64,000 nt of DNA, from positions 483,811 through 547,810 of the forward strand of contig NC_069007.1 of the NCBI RefSeq assembly GCF_001194135.2, written 5' to 3'. Origin of the DNA: Octopus bimaculoides. Lineage: Eukaryota. Below the pieces are notes generated by a model, which made no database searches, was not told where the DNA came from, and saw only the letters and a program-made list of their open reading frames with translations. The position numbers were made by a program, and so were the translations under genes. Each line of letters starts with the position of its first letter. Within the stretch, counting starts at the first letter, position 1. This document shows positions 24,998 to 37,687 of the stretch, piece after piece.

Positions 24998-25192
24998 AAG
25001 GCGACGATCTTTCAGCTTCATGGTATTTCGTTCGTCTTTCGGTTTTGCGTGCAAATTCCACCGAGGTCTTCTTTGCTTTTCATCCTTTCGGGATCAATAA
25101 AATGAGCACCAGTTGAGTACTGGGGTCGATATAATTGACTATACCCCTCCCTCAAAATTTCAGGTGTTGTGGGTATTGTAGAAACGGTTATT
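24998..25192 (+). mobile_element. SINE family A, tandem with the preceding copy
   Basis: TTTGCTTTTCATCCTTTCGGGATCAATAAAATGAGCACCAGTTGAGTACTGGGGTCGAT; ends in GTAGAAACGGTTATT like the previous copy. Confidence 0.85.
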
Positions 25193-27193
25193 AAATCCCT
25201 CTTTAATAATATGGAGACGTTGTAAATCAGCATTACGCTGTAGAGATGTTTCGTCTCTGCTTCATGGTTTTAGGGTTGGCAACTATTTTCTACGATATGC
25301 ATTTGTCTAACAAAGTATTGTGTGTGACATTTGGTAAATGGCAACTGTTTTGAAGCCTGTCAAAGACATCCTTTGTGATTTTGTTTGAAATTCCTACTTA
25401 GAAGAACATTCGGATTTTATTTGGCAAACGAAACTCCACAATAGTTATCTATGCAAACAAAACATTAGTCTATACTAGATAAATAAACAAGTAAGTAGAA
25501 CCCGCTTTATGGAAAATACAAAAGCATATTCTACAGAGAAATCTATGAAAAATAAACAATGCAAACAAAAATAAAGTTTATTACATTAACCAAATGCACT
25601 TTAGCTATAAAATATATAAAACTGCGATGAAAAAAAAATTCTTATGAAAGAGACATACTGAATGCATTATGCTGAACTATAAGCTATCATTAATAAAATA
25701 TTACACAAACACCAACATTTTGAAAAAAATATAATCTTCAAAATCCTTCAAGCTCAGCAAAAATCTTTGCAATGATTAATGTATTAACAATTTTTTTCTA
25801 TGCAAGCAGAAAGTTGTAATCTGCATATTTTATTTTTAACATTGTCCATACAAGTTGGAACGCTTTCTCGACGGCTTATCGTGTAATTATAACAGGGAAC
25901 GATTGCAAAAACTCTACATTTTGCAACACAAAATGACACGAGATAGAAAAACACTAGCAGATAACACAAACATCATTCTTATAATAAATGCAATTGCGTA
26001 TTTACATATGGCATGTCACACAAATGAAGATAATTCCAAACTTTTTACAGATAATTTCTTTGATTGTTACATATATATATATATATATANNNNNNNNNNN
26101 TATTGCAATATATTAGATATTACGGCGTGTAAGTATCAGTTTTAAAAACAGGTTATTTATACTTTAATATTATGTTAATAAAATTTTCACTACATTGCTA
26201 TAAGCTGATCGTTTTGCAATTATTATCGACTGAATGTTTATGCATGCCTGATATAGAAATCTACTCCACTTCAGAGAGCAAATGAATTAACAAACAAATA
26301 TATGATAGCCATCTATGCTTCATTCTTAATGTCTACATATTGTCAATAGGATATTTATTGCAGTTTTTGTCCAGAGAAGACATGTTAGAGACTTGCGGTG
26401 TTAAAAAAAAAACAGAGTGAGATGAAAACATGTCCCAGCAGAAGCAGCTAGCGAGAGTGGTGATTTATGAGATTTCCCAAATTTATTCTAGGTATTCAAT
26501 AGATAATGTATATCGCTGCACCTATTAAAACGAACAGAGGGGGCGGACATACTTGGAATACCCTTATCCATATTTGTACCCGATAGAAATATGCTGTGGT
26601 TTAGCGACTATAATGGAAATAACAGAAAAAAAAATGAAGCTTGTGAGGAAGTCTATATGGTCTGAAGAGCTAGAAATAGCAACCTATTTCATTTCAAGCG
26701 ATATCCAGTCATATTCCAGAAAGCAGGACTCAACTGATAATAAGTCTACAGAGAATTTGCTCGCAAGAAGTTACGCACAATATGAACGGACACATTATAA
26801 TAGCATGTACGTTGACATGGAGCTAAAGAGATATAAATAAATATCCCCCTAATAGTTTTGGGATAATTTTTGTAAAACTTACTGAAATTTTTTCCTCATT
26901 AAGTTTATAATTGCAAATGACTAAAGTTATTTTCGGTTTGCTAAATTAAAGATAATAGCCATTACAAACTATGTATTCAACAGTATCTAAAATTACACAT
27001 ACACAGATGTGTGCGCATACACATATATATATATATCCATGTATATGTGTATAGAATCTAATAATTTGTAATTGTATTTATTTTAATTTTCCAATATATA
27101 TATATACATGCATACGAATACATATATCTAAATACATTTACATGTATACGTGTTTAGAACCTAATAATTTGTACTGTGTTTATCTTAATTTTC

Positions 27194-27236
<43 letters not shown>

Positions 27237-27994
27237 TGTATCCTCTTCACTTTAAAATTGAGGTTTTCCAAATAAAGCGTGGCAAACCGAGAACATGCAC
27301 TTTTATAAGAAAATATATTGGAAATTAATACGTAACAAGAAAACTGATGTTCATGCGTGCATGTTTGTGTGAGTGTGTGAGTGCGCATGTATGCGTCAGC
27401 GTTTATGCGCATGCGTGTTTAGGTGAGTAAAATAATTAGTGCGAAGGCATCGAGCGAATACTTTCATTTCAGAAGCTTTTACGCTTCACATTTGTTCTTT
27501 CCTTTCATTAAAATCTGTTAATTTCACTGCAGGCAATTCTGCGACTCTAATTATAATTCTCTTTTTAAATGCCAGATTATTATTAAAAAATGCACAATTT
27601 TTCAGTCGAATGATGAAACTATGTGATGTGATTAAGTCATATATCAGAGAATAACTTGTTTGGCGTGATAATTTTGTTGTTATTGTTGGTATAAGATAAC
27701 GGCGAGAGGTTCACAAGATTTCTTAAGGCACTAAAGTGACAGACAATATGGCGTCTTTTATTTAGTTGCCTTTTCTTTACATTCTTGGTTCGAGATGTTT
27801 TGATGTAGCATTTGTTTACCATCTTTCTAGGGTCGCTAAATTAAGTGTAACTCAAATCCAGGATCGATATCGTATTGCTTAACATAAAAGAGTCACATCT
27901 AAAATTAGAAATTCACATTGAATAATGCAGTCTTCTATTTACCTGGCAAAATAAACTTCCACATAGCTGCACAAATAGAGGTGCTCCTTCTCAT

Positions 27995-28223
27995 TTTTTT
28001 TATTGCCCACAAGGGGCTAAACATAGAAACGACAAACGAGGACAGACAAAGGGATCAAGTCGATTACATCGACCCCAGTACGTAACTGGTACTTAATTTA
28101 TCGACCCCGAAAGGACGAAAGGCAAAGTTGACCTCGGTGGAATTTGAACTCAGAACGTAAGGACAGACGAAATACCACTAATTATTTCGCCCGGCGTGCT
28201 AACGTTTCTGCCAGCTCGCCGCC
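27995..28223 (-). mobile_element. SINE family A, well preserved
   Basis: Minus strand GGCGGCGAGCTGGCAGAAACGTTAGCACGCCGGGCGAAAT...GTTCTGAGTTCAAATTCC...GCCTTTCGTCCTTTCGGGGTCGATAAATTAAGTACC. Confidence 0.92.
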
Positions 28224-28225
28224 AT

Positions 28226-28285
28226 CTAGGAACAAAGAGGTGCCCCCTTCTAGGAACAAAGAAGTGCCCCCTTCTAGGAACAAAA
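28226..28285. repeat. 24-bp tandem repeat, 2.5 copies
   Basis: CTAGGAACAAAGA(G/A)GTGCCCCCTT starting at 28226, 28250 and 28274 (partial). Confidence 0.95.
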
Positions 28286-28339
28286 TAGGATCGCAGGAAC
28301 ACCAAAAACATGTGAGCTGCGCAAGTCCAGAGCCAACTC

Positions 28340-28520
28340 CTTACCTTCATTTTCAGCAGACCACCGTTCACGCATCAGCCCGAAGCACAATCACCCATCT
28401 TCTGATGATCGTCGACAAAGACGGACGAGCATTATTCTTATTACATCGGACGTCCTACATTATTTTACCACTCAACTACTGGTGGATATCTTTCGATTCA
28501 TTCTCTCCGCCCTAAACCTC
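28340..28520 (-). mobile_element. Possible decayed mariner-type N-terminal fragment
   Basis: Minus-strand frame SKDIHQ*LSGK...PSLSTIIRRWVIVLRA resembles mariner PKEIHE.L....PS.STV.RWV..FR.G. Judged by eye only. Confidence 0.25.
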
Positions 28521-28750
28521 AGATCTTGTTCCTCTACTAGAAACAACAATCATTATGATCATCCTCATCACTATTATTGTTGCTGTTGTTGCTGCTGTCG
28601 ATAATGTCGATATTCTCAACAGAGCCGAACATTTCTAAAAATTATTCCAGGAACACATCCAGCTAAATATTAGATATCCTAAACTCACAATAAATGGTAT
28701 CAATAATAAAAAGGTATTATCAAATCCCCCCCCACACACACACACACACT

Positions 28751-28968
28751 TAAGACGGTGAGCTTGTTGAAGCGTTCGTTAGCAAAATGGTGCGGCAGCA
28801 TTTCAGCCGTCTTTGAGTTTTGAGTTCAGATTCCGTCGATGTCGACTTTTCTTTTAATCCTTTCGCGGTCGACGAAATACAAACTAGTTGAATACAGGTG
28901 ACGATGTAATCAAACTATCCCTTCCCATCAAATTTCATGCCAAAGTATGTATAGTTGAAAAGATTATT
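28751..28968 (+). mobile_element. SINE family A, diverged
   Basis: TTTTGAGTTCAGATTCCGTCGATGTCGACTTTTCTTTTAATCCTTTCGCGGTCGA...GAAAAGATTATT. Confidence 0.8.
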
Positions 28969-29480
28969 TATTTGCCCCTCCACCTCGCTCGAATTTTCAC
29001 AAGTACACACCCCATTAAACATTACGAAAGTGAAAGAAAGAAAAAAAACCAACTGACGGTTCCTCAGAATGTCCACAGTCATTGGACTGAAGCGCATAAA
29101 AGAATAACAAAATATGCAATGACATCATCTGTAATACTTGGTCAATAAATTCCAATTTCTTAGTTAAAAACACTTTCCTAAAGTACTGAAACTATGAACA
29201 ACCATTCCAAACAGTACCTTGCTTGGATCTTCCCCTAGTCTTTAAATTCTCTGCTGTTATGGAATCTACAATCTGACATTTGTCAACCAAACATCTTATA
29301 TAGACGAGCATGCCGTCTATGTAGACATATACATAGAGGATATGTACACGCAAACGCTCAGCTAAGCACATATGTCTTATATACACGAATGACACTCACA
29401 CACACGCGCGCGCACATACACATATTTAGCTAAACTTTCCAGAGACTCTTTTCAGTATATCTTTGTAGTGTGTGTATGTG

Positions 29481-29526
<46 letters not shown>

Positions 29527-29534
29527 TATATCTA

Positions 29535-30114
29535 GATTACTTGAAAAAATGCGAGCAAGAAAAATAATATTCTTAAGATTATAAATTTGAAAAAGTACAG
29601 GACAGGTTATTACACTTGGAAAAGTTCAGGACAACTTATTACATCTGGTAAAGTACAGAACAAGAAAATTCTTACTTAAAATATTTCAGCTTAGGATAAA
29701 ATTTCAAATAAAATATTTAGATTCAGAAAATATTAGCTTTTATTAAAACTAAAAAATTTATCTTTTTACATAATGAATTTGCCTACTATATTTTTTATTC
29801 TGCTTCGCATAAAACTTTAGTTATATTGGTACGTCTGACTCTCATTCATTAAGTATTGTAGTGTGTCAGCGTTTTAACAAAATGATGGTACCTTTTTTAA
29901 TTATAAAGTTACTTTGCAAATTAAAATCAAATAATTTTTAACATTCAAATTTTATCCTTACCTGCAATATTTTAAGTGCAAATTTTCTTCTTCTGTACTT
30001 TACCAAATGTAATAAGTTATCCTGAACTTTTCCAAGTACAATAATTTGTCCTGTACTTTTCCAGATTTATAATCTGAAGAATATTATCTCTTGCTCGTAT
30101 TTTCCCATGGAATC
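29535..30114. mobile_element. Foldback-type element with ~170-bp modular inverted arms
   Basis: The left arm ~29535-29710 matches the reverse complement of ~29941-30114. Each arm carries three 28-29-bp subrepeats (TTATTACA..TGGAAAAGT.CAGGACAA). AT-rich spacer, no ORF. Confidence 0.8.
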
Positions 30115-30906
30115 CATGTTTTTTTCAGGCTATGCTATTATGCTAATGTGTCAATTAGCGGTGCCACTGATAATGTTTTCCTTACGTCGATGACACCGGT
30201 GACATATATTAAAAGTTCCCTAGAACTATATTTACAACAAAACTATAGAACTATATTATCACCCTCAAATTTGAGAAACAAACACTCATAACTTTTTCCT
30301 TTTAAAACTTCATTGAATGAGATTGATACAATGAAATTCTTCGAATTGAGTTCTATCATTTAAGCTTAATTAAAATATTGTTTGTTTTTAAAATTAAAAA
30401 AAAGTTAATTATGCTTAAACCCAATTTTGTGCCTTTCTTATACTTTTTTTTCATATTTTACCTCACAATATTTTTTATACAAATTTGTGTTGCATGGGAC
30501 CAAAAATATGAAATCCTTCACGTTTTCTTCTATCATTGAAGCTAAGATAAATATATTTTGCTTTTAAAATAAAAAGAAAACCCAGTTATTTAGATCCAAA
30601 CTTGATTGGTGGCGTTACTTACTCTCCTATAACGTTGCTACATATTTTGAAATAAACTTTTTGCTGGATCAGATCTGAAATTTTTATGGCAAAATGTAGC
30701 TAGGGACTAGTTCTCTTTAAGAAAATGTTAACGGTTTTCAATTTGCTTAAGAACTGAATTAGCGACAAGCTCTGTAATAAGCTGCGTGTGAGTAAATTAC
30801 GGCCTTAAGAATATCATTCAACTAAGCTAGTAGTTGAAAGATATTTATATGTTAGAAAAAAGTTGACAAAGGAATAAACGTTTATCTTATGAAATTCATT
30901 AGCTTA

Positions 30907-31031
30907 CAGTTGTTTCCACTATAAGATGTGGCGGACTCAGTTATTGCCTGAGTAGCACCTTACAGTTCCATCAGAGCTTCAAACATAATGTGCACTTCAC
31001 AAGTCCGCCACATCTTATAGTGGAAACAACG
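30907..31031. mobile_element. 125-bp MITE, Tc1/mariner-type
   Basis: Perfect 29-bp inverted repeat GTTGTTTCCACTATAAGATGTGGCGGACT (30909-30937 and 31002-31030), TA flanks at 30905-30906 and 31032-31033, left end TA-CAGT. Confidence 0.75.
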
Positions 31032-31394
31032 TAAGATAATCATTCACTCCTTTGTGCTTTCTCTTCTTATTATTACAGCTCTGTACTCCACTAGCGCTTC
31101 GTTTAGAAGCGTGTGTATATTGAGTTCTACACCAAATTATTAGATTGGCAACGGCTAAGCGATATATATATATATAAATATACAGCATACGGTCTCATAG
31201 AGAGAGAGAGATACAGGTAGCCTGTCTGCATCTTTGGATTTTTAATTAAACGGCATAAATTCGTATATTACGTCCCTAGATTCTTAAATATTCTCGAAAT
31301 CAAAAGTGAAAGTTTAAACAAGTGCTTAAACCAACATTTGGTTACTGTTTCTTGCATGTCAAGCAATTTTGCTGAAACACCCTCATTGGTTCGT

Positions 31395-31592
31395 TAACAG
31401 TAGTAGTAGTAGTAGACCAACCAGACATAAAATCAAAGACCTTCTAAACATGACCATCACTCCTGAGTCTATATTTAAAATTACATTATCAAACATATCT
31501 CACTTGATATCGTTCATATAATGTCGTTTAATATTCTGAGGTAGATTTGGCAACTATTTTTAGCTGGTTAAGCAACGGCATAGAACCTCCCT
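31395..31592. mobile_element. Interspersed repeat family E
   Basis: Shares GATTTGGCAACTATTTTTAGC...TAGAACCTCCCT with 13935-14105 (opposite orientation) and 19885-19960. Confidence 0.6.
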
Positions 31593-31737
31593 AATTGGCA
31601 TCGTGCGATATTTTTTTAATGGTTTCTTCATGGCAATCCTTGACATTCTTTGGAATGTGTATATATAAGTAAGAAGCAAAACACAGAACATAATTGGTGC
31701 GTCCGCTGTAAATTTGTAAAAACAAATATATACTTAC

Positions 31738-31772
31738 CTTTCGTTAATGAACAAAGTTTGTTTGAAACTCAC
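31738..31772 (-). other. Candidate 35-nt exon starting with GTGAGT (recursive-splice-site-like)
   Basis: Minus strand: long pyrimidine tract, ...TTCTTCATCTTCTCGTTACAG|GTGAGT...AACGAAAG|GTAAGTA. Confidence 0.35.
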
Positions 31773-33084
31773 CTGTAACGAGAAGATGAAGAACAAGAAA
31801 TAAGAAACGTGAAAAAAAAAGAAAGAAAGAAACATATGATATAAGCATACAAACACAGAAAAATTCATAAAATATAATTAAGAACCCAGAGGGTATGTAG
31901 TTAATAAAGAAAATACTGCATCATACAAACTGATAAGATTTTATACTATTTTTACACGTAGTCGACAAAGAAATCAAAATGGTGACTCGAGAAGTGAGAG
32001 GAGAAAAGAACAATTATACAAACACACATTTATGAACATATACCGATATATGAATGTAATGATGTATGTATGTATTTATGTATATATATATCAAAATTAT
32101 ATATCTATGTGTGTGTGTATTTATATGATGTATGCATATAGTAAATGCGTAGAATAAGGCAGGCAATTAATTTTAACCCGACGGGGCCATTTTATATTTT
32201 ATCATATTTTTCATGGTTTGATGACTAAACTTATTTTTCGTAAAAATAGTGTAAACATTTTGTAAAAGTACTCTAAACAAATAACAGTTTTATAGGCATA
32301 CACATGTGTGTCTACAAAGATGTATATGTATATATATATATATATATATATCTATATCTATATAGGGGGGTTTATGAATGTATACATACACAAACACACA
32401 CGTATATTTGTACTCAGAAAGTCAATCATACATGCAAGCATCCCAAGTTACATATACGCACACGTTCATTCCCACATTCACAGTTGCTACTTTTCACGCA
32501 CTTATAGGCGTAGAGACCTATATCTACATACATACATACATACATGTGTGCGTGCGTGTGTGTGTGTATACATTAGCACACCATACTATCGGTGGGTATA
32601 TAACTGTGTAAGCAGAAATAATGTGGAATATTAAATGTATTCGTAAATAACGATTGGTAATTATATTATGCGTGTATGTACGGACGTATATATGTTTTAT
32701 CTATCAGCTTAAACATGTGTGTTTCAGCGTGTGCATGTGTGAATATATATGTATGTATATATTTATGTACACATATATCCTTATCTATATATCTATCTAT
32801 CTATCTATCTATCTATCTGTGTCTCTCTCCCTCTCTCTTACACCCTCTCTCTCTCTATATATATGTATATATGTATGTATAAAACTATTTCTGTATGTCT
32901 GCATATTTCCAATGAAATATACCCGGATTCATTAATTAATCAATTATCAAACAGCGTGGCAACCGTTTAAGCCACCTACACACAGAGTGAATTCAGTAGA
33001 AGGAAACCCAAAGAAGCCCCATGAACATCTATACATACATCTATACATACATACATACATTCATGCATATACACACTCGCATAT

Positions 33085-33255
33085 ATTTGTATATTTATGC
33101 GTATTTCTCTTTGCGTTTGTATTTGGTCGCCCCTCAGTTATCGCTTCACAACCGGTGTGCAAAGCTTCGAAAAAATATGCACCGGTGATATACTTATTCC
33201 TTGAAGACGGTACCCCAGCATAGCTGCTGTCCAATGACTGGAACAAGTAAAAGAT
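33085..33255 (+). mobile_element. SINE family D 3' half
   Basis: CGCTTCACAACCGGTGT...GACGGTACCCCAGCATAGCTGC..AATGACTGGAACAAGTAAAAGA. Confidence 0.7.
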
Positions 33256-35369
33256 ATGAATTATTCACCCTACCCTCGTGTATATACAAACATTAATGTA
33301 AAATTACCAATTTTTCACACACATGTCCAGCTGTCAATATAATGATATTCAGATTCTTGTAAAAAAAAGGTCCAACGGGTATGGAACACTAACATTTAGG
33401 TTTCAGCCTGAAATATTGCTTGATAATCATATATTTAGTGATATAGAAAATTGTTTCACCCCCAGGGCATGTTTAGCATCAGGGTGCTATGAAAGATACA
33501 GTGTTTTGTGCTGACAATGTTCACCAAAAAATTTATGACCCACGTGTTTTGGGGCACCAGGTTGTATAATTACCATGCACTTCTCTTCATATCTCTCCCC
33601 CATCTCACTCTATAGCTCTTTGTCTTTCTATATATATATACAAACAGACAGACACATACACAAACTCTCTCACACACACTCAAACATACGCACTCACATA
33701 CAGATATACACACACATATGTATATACAAACCCATGTCTTTGCTTGAAGCACGGATTAATAATGTTCATTGGCCTTCTATTTGTTGTCGATTTGGCGAGA
33801 CTCTCAGAACGTATTTCCTTCAAAGTAAATCTCTCTCTGACGTCCAACATTTGGAGAAATGTAAGAGAACTGCGTCTAGAATCTCGCTGTTCACTAAATC
33901 ACATTCTTATCTACACCATCTGAATCCTATTAGGAAGCAATTTCTGAATAATCGATCAATTTTCCAGATAGCTCTAATATATATATAAACTCGGTTGATA
34001 TTGCTTGCCAAGCCAAAGCAACGAAAAACTTCTCTCTTTCCTAGCAAACAAATTTATCTACTTTGCAAACAATTTACGATGTATTTAACTGCTGTGCATT
34101 GTTGGAGCAGATTTAGATTTGACCGCTACAATGAAAGCCTCTTCTCTGATCTATACAACCTGATAACAAAGCTATTCTTGCTACTAACGCATTGATATTT
34201 TGCGTACATTCTCTTCGTTGAAATGACCATCTACGTCACCAATTTTAACACAACCAACTACCACAAGCTGATCCAAGGGGTTCAACAGGGGTTCAATTTC
34301 TTTTTATAAGCTCTTTCGTCAGGCTTCGGGTCCGAGGAAAATTTGAAAGTATCTCACTAAACATTATTACACTAAGATCAATTGGCACTTAAATATTTTA
34401 TATAACACCCCGCCTCCCGAGCTTCGGCTTGAACGTAATTTGAATTCTTCTCAATTCCCTGTATAACAACTCAACTTGGGCCGTTGGACGTTTTTGCCGA
34501 TTCCACTTTGAGAATAGCATTCGTGCAAGGCAGACTTTTTCTTCGGTGTTTTATCACTGAACTTATATCGTTGCCCCTAACTGGCACAGGGCTACTTCAC
34601 GTGGGGCCCAAACAACTGCAAACAATACCTTCTCATTGTTCAGTATAATGGTCTTAAAGCATTGGTCTACAATATGATCTTAAGGAAAATTTAACAAAGT
34701 TTACTTTGCTGTAAACGGTCGAACCAGATGTTAGTTCCTGAAGAAGATAACATGTTTGATGCTTTTTTTTGGTTATTGAGGAGTGGATCTCGAAGCACAT
34801 ATTAAGCTATAGATAATAATAATTCGATAGATAAATATAGTGGAATCCTTCGAGGTTTTCTGTCCAAAATAAATTTTAAGTCCAATATTTACATGAAAGT
34901 ATTTATAGGTTCTTTGCGCTTCGAGATCGAATAGTAGAAAAAAAAAAAAAAAAGATTACTTAACGTTCTCTCGAAAGTTTATAAATCTTTACATGTTGAT
35001 AAATTGCACCAACGCATTAATTGCTGAAAGCTTCGTCACTTCAAATCCTACATGTGTCTCAGATTTTTTATAAAATAATCTTGACTGGGACACTTCTGCT
35101 GACTCTATTAAGAAACGAACCTCTCCATAAATCATTGAATCGGTCGGTGTTCTATACTAAGATCTACTGTACAGGCAGTCACTAATATCTATGTATAGTT
35201 CCTGTCTGAGTTTGTAGCTGTTATATATATCCTGAGTCATGAAATCCTGGTTGAAGTCACCGCAATGCTGTCGTGACATACAGCCTGCTTTGGGCATTTA
35301 AGTCTGGGGACGTCATCATTCGCCAGCTCCAAACAAACTGATACTTTCTTTAAGATAGTTAGAGATAGA

Positions 35370-35490
35370 ACCTAACCAATACACAACTGGTACAGAGTTT
35401 ATCGACTTTGAAAGGGATGAAGGACAAAGATGACATCAGAAAGTTTTGATGTCAGTGCAAGGAATCGGAAAGAATAACGCGAATCATTGT
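35370..35490 (-). mobile_element. SINE family A remnant
   Basis: AACTGGTAC...TTTATCGAC..GAAAGGGATGAAGGACAAAG. Confidence 0.55.
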
Positions 35491-35851
35491 GGACATAGCT
35501 CTAAATACACACACATGCGCGTGTGCACATCCCCCCCCTCTCTCTCTCTGTATATATATATATATATATATACATACACATATACGTTAAGGAAACCCAA
35601 ATTAACTTGCCGGAGATATAGTTTATACAAACACAAATATATCTCATATGCATATATACATCTATTATGCGTACAAACACGCACTCACACATATACACAC
35701 GTATGTATATGTGTATATCTTAGCTTCGGGGTCATAGCACCAAAACGAAATTGTAATTTGTAAACTGCAACAAATAAATATAAAGTTTTTTGTCTTTAAT
35801 AACTGTAGTTACTTTATTTTAGATCATAGTTGTATTTGTCTTCACAAACAA

Positions 35852-35883
<32 letters not shown>

Positions 35884-36003
35884 GTTTACTTTTATGTATG
35901 CAGAGAAACACATATATGTATAGATACTTATACATGTGTGCGTATACGCATATATATTTTTTGTGTTCGAGTGTGTGTGCGTGCGTGCGTGTGTATGTAT
36001 GTA

Positions 36004-36043
<40 letters not shown>

Positions 36044-36636
36044 CTTTAGAGTAAGAAATAAACAAGTCAGTTTAACAAGAAAAGTCGACCAGGAATATTA
36101 TATGAAGTAGCAAATAAATTCCGAATGAAAAACAAACAAAATATTAAATAAAGAATTGACAAAGAAAAAAAAAATGCAAAATAAAAACATTATTTTTGGA
36201 AATATTTTAGAATTCTTGTGACTTGAAAGAAAATAAAAAATTGTAAAAAAACAAAAAACCCAATAAAATATTCTGCAGAAATTTTGGTGTGTCATATTTT
36301 ATAGCAGATATATTTATACATGCAAAGTTGTAGTAGTAGTCGAAGTTGTAGTAGTAATAATAATAATGATAATACTAATAAATACAGCAGAACAAAAACG
36401 TAAAATATTTCTTTATGTAAACAAACTAGACAAGTAATAAGCTGTAAGCTCTTCTCTTCGCATCCCAATGAAAACTCAACTTTCAACCATCGAAAGTGAG
36501 TTGAACAACCTCTGAAAGATGACAGATAAAAGCGACTCAACCGGAATTAGAACTCGGGTCGGCAGAATGTTGTAAAGCGTAACCATGGAGATATGATGCT
36601 ATGCATTCGTCGCAAGCTGATATTCGCATCATCTTC

Positions 36637-36830
36637 AAAGGTAGCGAGCTGGCAGAATCGTTATTGTGCTCGGCGAAATGCTTCGCGGCTTTTTGTCCAT
36701 CATTACTCTCTTTCAACATTTTGTTGATAAAATAAGTACCATTTGAGGAATGGGGTCGATGCAATTGACTTAAGCCGCACCCCACTAAATTGTTGGCTTT
36801 ATGCCAGAATCTGAGACCGATTCTATATCA
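36637..36830 (+). mobile_element. SINE family A with internal deletion
   Basis: GGTAGCGAGCTGGCAGAATCGTTA...GGCGAAATGCTT...GATAAAATAAGTACCA...GGGGTCGATGCAATTGACT. An older opposite-strand remnant lies at ~36460-36600. Confidence 0.8.
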
Positions 36831-37466
36831 TCAGCCCCAGGTTTGTAGGAAAGTAACCATGCACAGTTTTTTATTTTAACATTTTTGTGGCACGCAATGA
36901 CTTTTCTTTCAAGTCTTTACTAAAGTTCACATGAGAGGTCATCACTGAATACGTATTTCTTGAGGATTTCTCAAATAATCTAACAGCATGTTATTCACTT
37001 CAGTTTTTACCACTTTATCTATTTTTGCTGTAAGCTGAAAGAGTCGTAGCTCGTTTGCCACCCCGTTCTACCAAGTGTACTTTCAGATATTTTTTATAAG
37101 AGGAACAACAACATTAAAAACCAAGAAAGACGAGACAGTGGTATAATCGATAGAATGAAAACAAGACTGTAATTCTCTCTCTATATATTCGGCTGTTATT
37201 TACTTGGTCGTTAGGAGTTCGATTCTAACTGAGGTTTATTCCATGAATTTCTTTTCCAGAGTTTTACTAGAAATATAAACCAAATTGCACTGAAATCATA
37301 TTCTATCTTCTATTTCATAATTGTTTTCTTAAAAATGATGAAAACGCCAGTTTAAGCAACGTGATCCCTGATAAACGAGTGGAAGTTTTCATTAGGGTAC
37401 TTCTAGGGGATTTGGTTACAGTTTTAACCGACACGGGGGAACAGGTGGATCTGAAATTCATAAAAT

Positions 37467-37631
37467 AAGGTGTGGCTTTGTGGTAAGAAGCTAACTTCCC
37501 AACCACATGGTTCTAGTTTCAGTCCCACTGCGTGGCGCTTAGGACACGGTTCCTCTGCTATAGCCTCGGGCCGAACAAAACCTTGTGAGTAGATTTGGTA
37601 GACGGAAACTAAAACACGCCCGTCGTGTGTA

Positions 37632-37687
<56 letters not shown>

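Noticed and set aside
26553-26840. 95-aa ORF with YPYLYPIE resembling the Tc1 SPDLNPIE motif
   Set aside because: The spacing to a QDN-like motif is short, and the ORF overlaps a family E repeat fragment (~26645-26700), so the resemblance is probably chance.
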